The notes beneath the pieces were generated by a model. That model was not told the origin of the DNA, searched no databases, and saw only the letters and a program-made list of their open reading frames with translations. Of a stretch of 64,000 nt of DNA, positions 56,595 through 64,000 are shown in pieces. The DNA is from a virus (lineage: Duplodnaviria > Caudoviricetes): the IMG/VR virus record IMGVR_UViG_3300030095_001206, positions 1-64,000 of that record. One strand, 5' to 3'. The translations under genes and the position numbers were made by a program. The number at the start of each line of letters is the position of its first letter. The stretch's first letter is position 1.

Positions 56595-59500
56595 GATAAT
56601 GCAATCGCTCTGAATTCAGATATCCTTGGAGGACGTGCCTGATTTGTTGCGGTCATCATAATCTTAATCTTAAATCCATCAAATTCTTTAAGAGAATCTA
56701 TTGTGAATTCATATTCACGGAAGATGTCCTTCTGCATTGAAGGAGCAACAAATGTATCAGGAAGACCTGAATTATTCCTTGGATTAATAATTTGACCACT
56801 TTCATCACGATTATCATAACCTGGGAATAACTGATAACGGAATTCATTCTCAGCATCATCCTTTCTAAAGAGTGCATATGCAACTCTAATATCAGCAGTA
56901 GAAGCTCTATTAGCAGAGAACATAACTTTAAGTCCTGTAGAAGGAACTTCAAGTCCTACGTTTTTAGTAACATAAGTTGCTGATGTTGGATCCTCACCAG
57001 GAATTTTCACTCTAGGATCATTTGCAAAAATTCCAACAGTGTCATCAACTCTATTAGTTGTAAGAATTGCACTTACTCTATCAATATCAATAACTGGTGA
57101 TATATCACTGTTATTACTATTTAAATCGCATTGTATGTTGAGTGATTTGTTACCAGGTAAAGAACTTAACTTGCTATTTTCATTTACTTTGGAAGCGATC
57201 ATACGAGGATCGTCAAAGTAATTAGATTCATTAAGAGTTATGGTTTCAAATCCTTGATCATCAAATGAAGTCTCAGTACCACTAACACTTCTAGCACTAA
57301 TAGTTCTGACTCTACTATTGATAGAAGTACCTTTAGGTATTATAGTCTGTACATTTGGTGTTAGGACTTCAAATTGAATGTTTTGTGAAGCCGTAATCCT
57401 AGACTCTCCACCACTCTTTGTATCACTAAAGTATAGACTTGGGAATCCATTAGCACTTGCAGTTCTACTAACTCCTATTCCAACACCATCAGAGGATGAT
57501 GCATCACTATCGATAGCAACATAATAAGTGTCCATTGTAATTGGATGAGATCCTTGATTAGCAACCTCAGACATATTATGTGTCTTATTAATTCTTCTTA
57601 AGGATACTCCATTAAATTCATACTTATAAACAAGTTGATTTACTGGATGTGTAAACGCAAGAGTTGAATCTTGTGCTCTTGTTATACCACTAAGAGTATT
57701 AGTATTGACTGAAGTATATTGGATGATTTCATTTCCTATCTTCGCATATCCAGGATTTGTTGTACCAACACCAACACCTTCAAAATCAGTAAATGCAGCA
57801 CCAGCACTTACAACCAAATCTCCAGTATTGTCTCTACCATAAGCACCAGTCAATGAAGTTGGAGCAATGTCACTTACAATTCCTTCAATCTTAACAAGGT
57901 TGTTAGATTCATGCATACCATGATTTTTCTGAATAACCTTGATCGATTTTCCATCATAGAAAGGATCTGTAATTGCTTGACCATTCAAGATAGTTACATT
58001 AGATCCAGAACCATTAATCTCAGATCTTATACCAGTATTTGTAACATAATTCATACTGGATCCAGCAGCAACAAAGTCACCTTGAACTTGATCTAAGAAT
58101 AAAGTATTAGTAAATCCAATAGAAACGACGGATAGTTGAGCTCCTGTTCCTATTCCATTCATAGAAGCAGTTGGAATACCAACTACATCACCAATCTTAT
58201 ATCCTCTACCACCATCAGTTACACTAACAAGACCAACTAAACCAGCCTTATTATTAGGATCCTGATAGACAGAACCAGCAGTAGATACCTGAACAGTAAC
58301 TACCATTCCAGAACCAGCACCAGTAATCGTAAATGGTTGAATGCTTTCTGTAGTTGCAACAGTATATCCAGCACCAGGATTAACTGCTAATAGTCCATCA
58401 GTAGAACCACTACTTACAACAGAACCACCAATAGCAATTATATTTCCAACACCACCTGATAACCCAGATCCAGTCTGAGCAATAGAAACACCAGTGGTAA
58501 TTCCTAAAGTATCGATAGAATCAGCAATTGAAGAAGTTAAACCAAGTGTAACTTTCTTAGATAATGTATTAATTGGGTTTGGATTTAGTTCTACGATTTC
58601 ATTATTACCAACACCTAACTCAGGGTTGTAGAAATTAACTGTTCCTGTAGTACCAGAAGTAAACTCTGCTTTATAAAGAGTAAACTTCATATCCTCTAAC
58701 TGAGAAGGTGTCCAAGTAGAAGCGTTTTGTGACTTAAACAACGAACCCAAGTATGGTTGTTGTGTAATTAATACCTTCTGAGATTCACCCAATCCAGTCG
58801 TTGATACATCTTCTTCACCCAATCTAGAAATCCAAATATTATACTCTGTAGAAGGAGAAACAACAACTAATGCATACTCATTACCACCTTCCAAATATAT
58901 TGGAGAATCAAATGTAAATCTAGTAGCTACTGATGCATCTGTTGATACATTAATATTTGCTGGTAGAAGTTCTTTTTTACTTAGAGGTATAATAGTAGTT
59001 GTTGGTGTTCCTAGTTCACAAGTTCTAATTTCTACACTACATGGCAATTCTTCATCTTTGGTTGAGAAATACAAATCACAAGACGTGATGAATACACCGT
59101 TAGGATTTCCAACATCAAATGATTGAGCAAGAGGGTCATACCATTGAGTTAAAATTGTTTGTTGGAATGTAGTAGTTCTTTCTCTAATAACCCCAACATC
59201 TCTTCTTTGATTAACTCTTCTTTGAACATCGGTAAGAACTCTATTATCAGTTAGGTTCTCAGTAACAATTTCAGCATTTCTTGTGTTAATAATACTTTCT
59301 TGAAGAGTTTCAATAACACCAGATGATTCGTAATTTTTCTCAACAGCTGTTGTTACAACTCCTGGAATTAAAGAATTGACTGCAGATGAACTTAAACGAA
59401 GTGTCTTTGTACCAGAAGCAAACTCTGGGTTTTCGTTAATAGTAGAATCAGGAACAAAGAATGATCCAATTAATGTACCAACATTATCTGTTATTAGACG

Positions 59501-62500
59501 AGTGGTTGTAATTGTTGCTTGAGCACCAGTTGTTTGCCCCCTAAGAGTCATAGTTCCATTAAGGAATCCATAATACTGTCCCTCAGGTTGTAACTGTAGG
59601 CTGAATGTATCAACGTTTAATATAGTCGCTGTTGAAGTATAAACTTCAGGTATTCCCTGATCATCTAGATATGGATTTACTGAATACGTATCAGTTGGAG
59701 CGTTATAAGGACCATACTTATGATTTGGTACTGCTGCTCTAAACTGAATATAAGGTGTAGTTGAGGTTCTTGCTCCCTCGTCTAAAATTGACGGAGTAGC
59801 AATAATTGTTTCACCAACTTGGAATGTGCCATTATTCATGGTTACTTCCAAAAGTTTAGGGAAGCAGAACTTAGCTACAGATTCTCCATCAAAGAATGGG
59901 AATAATTGAGTTCTTGGTTTTGCTTTTGTTATTATAAATTCAATATTCCTAGAACGCATTGTAGGAATATTCTGACGATTAACAACTCTATCTCCTAGAG
60001 ATTCAGAATCAATTCTCTCTACAACTCTTGTTGCAAGTCCAGTTCTAGACTGATTAGTTGTTGTAGTAGTGGTAGTATTATCTACTCTAACTCTAATATC
60101 TCTAGCTCTTGCAGTAACTGTTCTGGTTTGTCTCGTAGTTCTATTTCCAGGAACTCTTCTTTGTCTTATAACTCTTGGAGGATTATTAATAAATTCAGTT
60201 CTTACTTCTGTAGTAACTTGTCCTTGTACATCAACACCAATCCAATCAGTTTGCCATGAATTCCATTGAGTAGAGATTAATCCTGTATTAGGATCAGCCC
60301 CATTCTCTTCTATCATGTCTTCAAAATTACCTTCAATATTAACAACCTGTGCATCAATTCTTCTAGTATCAACCCAAACATCAGATGATGGGTTTAATTC
60401 CATGTCTCCATTCCAGAAAACAACAGCAAAAGGCTGAACATTTTCTGTTCTAGATGCATATGTATTTGCTACAGCAGCAACTTCAGTGTAATCAAGAGTA
60501 ATTAAATCACCAGTTCTACGACATCCAGTTCCAACAAGATCATTTGCAAAAGCAAAATCTTGAGATGGATCTGCAGTTTGTCCAATTCCAATTATTGAGT
60601 TTGTACCCAATAACATATCAACAGCAGTTGTGTAATGAGATGGACGGCACTCACCAAGATCTTGATCTATTGAAGCATTAAAATCTGGATCACTATTTGC
60701 TTGAGCAGTTGAATGCTTAAAGTTATCTACTAAGAATCCACACTTAAATCTATCTAATCCATCAGCATCTTTGATGGACATATTTTTAGTATCACTTTCG
60801 AGTAATGTAAGTGCAGTATGATATTCAAGATTTCTAACTCTATTATCAAGTCTAGTGATATCCTTCATTTGATATCTCTTATACTGTTTTAGCAGAGACT
60901 TAACTTGCTGTGCTTCAAATGTATAAGGTGGGATAAAGAGTGTACCAACATCTAGAGCCCCACTTATAGTTTCTGGAGGAGTTGGATTATCGGCAGGAGC
61001 TCCAGTTTGAACTTGGAAAGAACCATTGGTTGTTAAGAACAATCTATCAATTCTTCCTTGATAATAATTATATGTTAAATTTAAAGTTTCATCATCAGAA
61101 AGAATATTTGGAGGTGTTTGTCCAGTTCCAGTAAATGTTCTTGAATCAAATTCAAATGGAGATTTTGTTGCACTAGATGGATCATAAGTAGAAACTCTAG
61201 GACGGATATCAATATAGTCAGTTAATCTTTCTGTGAAGTTTGGGGGATCAAGATATGTGATATCATCACTAAACCTATCTGCACCATAACTATTAACACT
61301 AAAGATATCTCCTTCATCAGTGGATGGAACCACATAATGATAATATGCAATTTTTAATCTACGAGTTGGTTCTGCTTCATTTCCCAATCTAATAATTCTA
61401 GAATAATCATAGAAAGAATTTCGTTGGCCATTATCAACTTCATACTTAGAAGAAATTAATCTATCACCTATTGTAAACGCAGTTACGGTTGCTTGTATTC
61501 CAGAAGATTGGAAGTTTGCTACATCACCAATATTGAATTTAGTATCATTAACATATGCAATACCAAGTTGAGTAGAACTTGTTATTTCAACAACTACTGC
61601 AACAGCTCCATCACTAGATATAATTTCTTCACCTACAGTCAAATCTGCAGTTGTTCCATTAGGACCAGATAAAGAAGATAAGGTAATTGATGGCAGATCA
61701 GGATCTGTCATATCATTTGATTCATATATTCCTAATACATTTACTACATCAGGAACATTTAAAGAAATATCTGTATCCTCAACACGAGTTCCATAAAGAT
61801 TACTATATGTCAATCCATTTTGAAGACTTTGACTTGTAGTACCAGACCCTACTTTGTTAGATCTAGTAATAACTGTAGTTCCTGCAGTCCATCTTTTTTC
61901 TTTTGATGATGGATTCTTTTTCTTCAAAGTTACATCAACTCTAGTTTGAGCATCTGCAGCAACCGAAAGATTAACAAAATTAAGAGTTTTACTATCAGTA
62001 CTAATGTCAATTTGATCAGCAGTAAGCGGTTCATGAGAACCATCTCCATAAGAGATTACATATCTCTGTGGAGTAAATGGCATATATGTAAAGTCTGCAC
62101 TTATACTAAACTGTGAATCGGCAATTTGACTACCAGATACAGTTACATTCTTAAATTGTTTTTTAACAATGATATCAGAATCAAGTATATTAATATCGCT
62201 TATATTACTGTTAGGTAATTTTGTAACAAAACTATTATCATCTTTTAAACTAGAGTCAAGAAAACGAAGTTGTAAATTAGTAGTTACAACATCATTAACA
62301 CCTGGAAGTTGTCCATTGAATATACCAGATACAGATGTTGCAGCTGCAACGGTTATATTGGAACCATCATCAGCAATAGCTGTTATTCTATTAAGACTAG
62401 TATCAGTAGTAGTTCCGCCATATGAAACATAATCACCAGTTGTTACAATACCTGCAAAATTATTACCAGGACTAGTTACTGTAGAAATACCTTGATTTCC

Positions 62501-64000
62501 TGGTGTAATTGTAAATGTTGGTACATTACCAATAAATGTTTTATTTCTAGGTGTAAGAGCGTGAGTTAATTTAAAGTCAGCATTAAATGTCTGACCTACT
62601 CCAGGATTTGAGTAAACAGAGAAGATATCATTCAATCCATAATCAGTAACAGTCTTAACAATTGGACCAACAACATTTCCATTAACAGAGAATGACTCAT
62701 CTCTAACAAAATTGCCACTATTTCCATAAAGAGTTAATTCTGTGCCACCCGCCACAGCACTCACCAGGAACCCCTCAGCACCGCTAGAATCGCCTGTAAT
62801 ACGTGCTGGTAGGGAAATATCAATGTCAGTACTAATTCCTAGTTTTGTATAAGTTTGTACGTCAAATAAACGTAAGTCCCATTCATTCTGATCTTGATCT
62901 GATGACTTAAGATTTACTGATTCTGCAGTAAAATTATATACCTTTGCTTTACCAATTTCTGTTCCTGCAGCAGTAGCACTAGTTACACCTATTCTTTCAC
63001 TTCTTAACGAAACAAAAGCAGTAGTTCCTAATCCAACATTTGGAGTTCCAAATGCTCTGTTAACAATAAACTGAGTACCAGTATTAAAATCTAACCCAAT
63101 ATCTTTTACTTCTTTTGTAGTTCTTGCCTTGGGTACATCTAGATTAGTATTACTAATTGTTTGAATATCATACCCACGAACATAAGCTTTACCAGGTGAT
63201 ATCTGGTAAATCATCAAGTCATTTGATGGTGTACCTCCATCTTGGGTTGTTTGACCTGGTAAATATACACCTTTATTTCCTTTTCTATTGTTTAAAGATT
63301 CTTTAACCTTAACATTAAACGGTTTTACATAATAATTACCAGATTCATCAAAAGTTCTCTTAGCTAAAGCATCTCTAATAATAGAATTAAGAGAATCATC
63401 TTCAAAAAACTGTTTTTCACCGTCAACCAGACGCATGATTTCAACAAAGTTTTCATCATTAAGTTCATCAACTTCTTTCTTTGCTAAAACAGCAGATATT
63501 TTAAGTCTGTCAGCACCAGGTGCTGCAAAGTTAGAAAATCCTTTAGCATTGTCATATAAAGATGGATCTGCACCAGCAGTTACAATTTCCTCTTGTACAC
63601 TTAACCCAACACGATATGATGGAGTATTTGTGTATTGATCAAGAATAAGAGTTTGTTTTGCAACTCTTACAAAATTACCTCTAAGAAAATAAACACCTTC
63701 TGTAATTTGAACAGCACAACCAGTGGCTGTAGCACCTGTAGGAATAGCATTTGCAAATCCTTCATTTCCAGCAATTACAGTATTTGCATATGTAATTGAT
63801 GCTAATGTTAAAAGAGTTTCTCCATCTTGGAATGTTTGTCCACTAAAAGATGTAGAAGATTTTTCATACTGAAGATAAAAAGTTAAATTTCCATTATCTG
63901 ATTCTCCTTCTGTTATATAATCAACAACTTTTGCAGTTACACCTGAAACTTCACCCTTAATTCTTTTACCAATTAACTTTTCAGCGTAAAAAGATACAGG
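56591..64000 (-). CDS. Giant baseplate/virion structural protein (DUF4815 / VrlC-like), 5'-truncated
   Basis: Frame read manually stays open from 63436 to the window edge (188 more codons: PVSFYAEK...NAKGFSNFAAPGADRLKI); RTFDESGNY, DRFKCGFLVDNF, PLAQSF motifs. Confidence 0.9.
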   Translation of the reverse strand, partial: PVSFYAEKLIGKRIKGEVSGVTAKVVDYITEGESDNGNLTFYLQYEKSSTSFSGQTFQDGETLLTLASITYANTVIAGNEGFANAIPTGATATGCAVQITEGVYFLRGNFVRVAKQTLILDQYTNTPSYRVGLSVQEEIVTAGADPSLYDNAKGFSNFAAPGADRLKISAVLAKKEVDELNDENFVEIMRLVDGEKQFFEDDSLNSIIRDALAKRTFDESGNYYVKPFNVKVKESLNNRKGNKGVYLPGQTTQDGGTPSNDLMIYQISPGKAYVRGYDIQTISNTNLDVPKARTTKEVKDIGLDFNTGTQFIVNRAFGTPNVGLGTTAFVSLRSERIGVTSATAAGTEIGKAKVYNFTAESVNLKSSDQDQNEWDLRLFDVQTYTKLGISTDIDISLPARITGDSSGAEGFLVSAVAGGTELTLYGNSGNFVRDESFSVNGNVVGPIVKTVTDYGLNDIFSVYSNPGVGQTFNADFKLTHALTPRNKTFIGNVPTFTITPGNQGISTVTSPGNNFAGIVTTGDYVSYGGTTTDTSLNRITAIADDGSNITVAAATSVSGIFNGQLPGVNDVVTTNLQLRFLDSSLKDDNSFVTKLPNSNISDINILDSDIIVKKQFKNVTVSGSQIADSQFSISADFTYMPFTPQRYVISYGDGSHEPLTADQIDISTDSKTLNFVNLSVAADAQTRVDVTLKKKNPSSKEKRWTAGTTVITRSNKVGSGTTSQSLQNGLTYSNLYGTRVEDTDISLNVPDVVNVLGIYESNDMTDPDLPSITLSSLSGPNGTTADLTVGEEIISSDGAVAVVVEITSSTQLGIAYVNDTKFNIGDVANFQSSGIQATVTAFTIGDRLISSKYEVDNGQRNSFYDYSRIIRLGNEAEPTRRLKIAYYHYVVPSTDEGDIFSVNSYGADRFSDDITYLDPPNFTERLTDYIDIRPRVSTYDPSSATKSPFEFDSRTFTGTGQTPPNILSDDETLNLTYNYYQGRIDRLFLTTNGSFQVQTGAPADNPTPPETISGALDVGTLFIPPYTFEAQQVKSLLKQYKRYQMKDITRLDNRVRNLEYHTALTLLESDTKNMSIKDADGLDRFKCGFLVDNFKHSTAQANSDPDFNASIDQDLGECRPSHYTTAVDMLLGTNSIIGIGQTADPSQDFAFANDLVGTGCRRTGDLITLDYTEVAAVANTYASRTENVQPFAVVFWNGDMELNPSSDVWVDTRRIDAQVVNIEGNFEDMIEENGADPNTGLISTQWNSWQTDWIGVDVQGQVTTEVRTEFINNPPRVIRQRRVPGNRTTRQTRTVTARARDIRVRVDNTTTTTTTNQSRTGLATRVVERIDSESLGDRVVNRQNIPTMRSRNIEFIITKAKPRTQLFPFFDGESVAKFCFPKLLEVTMNNGTFQVGETIIATPSILDEGARTSTTPYIQFRAAVPNHKYGPYNAPTDTYSVNPYLDDQGIPEVYTSTATILNVDTFSLQLQPEGQYYGFLNGTMTLRGQTTGAQATITTTRLITDNVGTLIGSFFVPDSTINENPEFASGTKTLRLSSSAVNSLIPGVVTTAVEKNYESSGVIETLQESIINTRNAEIVTENLTDNRVLTDVQRRVNQRRDVGVIRERTTTFQQTILTQWYDPLAQSFDVGNPNGVFITSCDLYFSTKDEELPCSVEIRTCELGTPTTTIIPLSKKELLPANINVSTDASVATRFTFDSPIYLEGGNEYALVVVSPSTEYNIWISRLGEEDVSTTGLGESQKVLITQQPYLGSLFKSQNASTWTPSQLEDMKFTLYKAEFTSGTTGTVNFYNPELGVGNNEIVELNPNPINTLSKKVTLGLTSSIADSIDTLGITTGVSIAQTGSGLSGGVGNIIAIGGSVVSSGSTDGLLAVNPGAGYTVATTESIQPFTITGAGSGMVVTVQVSTAGSVYQDPNNKAGLVGLVSVTDGGRGYKIGDVVGIPTASMNGIGTGAQLSVVSIGFTNTLFLDQVQGDFVAAGSSMNYVTNTGIRSEINGSGSNVTILNGQAITDPFYDGKSIKVIQKNHGMHESNNLVKIEGIVSDIAPTSLTGAYGRDNTGDLVVSAGAAFTDFEGVGVGTTNPGYAKIGNEIIQYTSVNTNTLSGITRAQDSTLAFTHPVNQLVYKYEFNGVSLRRINKTHNMSEVANQGSHPITMDTYYVAIDSDASSSDGVGIGVSRTASANGFPSLYFSDTKSGGESRITASQNIQFEVLTPNVQTIIPKGTSINSRVRTISARSVSGTETSFDDQGFETITLNESNYFDDPRMIASKVNENSKLSSLPGNKSLNIQCDLNSNNSDISPVIDIDRVSAILTTNRVDDTVGIFANDPRVKIPGEDPTSATYVTKNVGLEVPSTGLKVMFSANRASTADIRVAYALFRKDDAENEFRYQLFPGYDNRDESGQIINPRNNSGLPDTFVAPSMQKDIFREYEFTIDSLKEFDGFKIKIMMTATNQARPPRISEFRAIALS

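Noticed and set aside
63435-63638. Track ORF MISTKFSS... labelled minus strand
   Set aside because: The peptide is actually the plus-strand reading from ATG 63435, a shadow antisense to the giant structural gene, whose real frame continues through this region
1-64000. tRNA genes, CRISPR arrays, integrase or IS elements
   Set aside because: Intergenic spaces are short and none showed cloverleaf, repeat-spacer or transposase/integrase signatures on manual reading; tRNAscan-SE would confirm

Overview
A 64 kb segment of an AT-rich T4-like marine cyanomyovirus (Kyanoviridae-type; a Prochlorococcus/Synechococcus host is inferred from the PsbN-like, hsp20, mazG, cobS-like and 2OG-Fe(II) genes). Essentially every real gene lies on the minus strand. 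In transcription order (64000 to 1) the window holds: a giant virion protein truncated at the edge; neck/tail/head genes gp13-14-15-16, an accessory block, gp17-18-19-20-21-22-23-3; uvsY, uvsW, gp55, gp47, gp46; a VWA-peptidase/DenV/MoxR(cobS) block; gp45, gp44, an inserted DUF4338-like/glycosyltransferase block, gp62, regA, a PMM-like HAD, hsp20, gp43, uvsX, gp41, mazG; a small-ORF island; a PD-(D/E)xK-like nuclease; a cluster of basic late proteins; primase, nrdA and the start of nrdB. No tRNA, CRISPR array, intron or intein was seen. Most notable: (1) two clusters of late, modular proteins with T4-type capsid-targeting N-termini (MKSFQQFLSE, MKTFKQFMSE) and repeated gp21-like cleavage sites, including a HIGH-motif nucleotidyltransferase, suggesting a packaged and injected protein arsenal; (2) a ROSE-like RNA thermometer in the hsp20 leader; (3) a possible DNA-modification module inside the replisome operon; (4) overlapping divergent perfect sigma70 promoters before gp55 and a repeated 22-bp dyad box 29 nt upstream of -10 elements; (5) a PsbN-like gene with a His-rich tail. 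Family names come from motif recall, not database searches.
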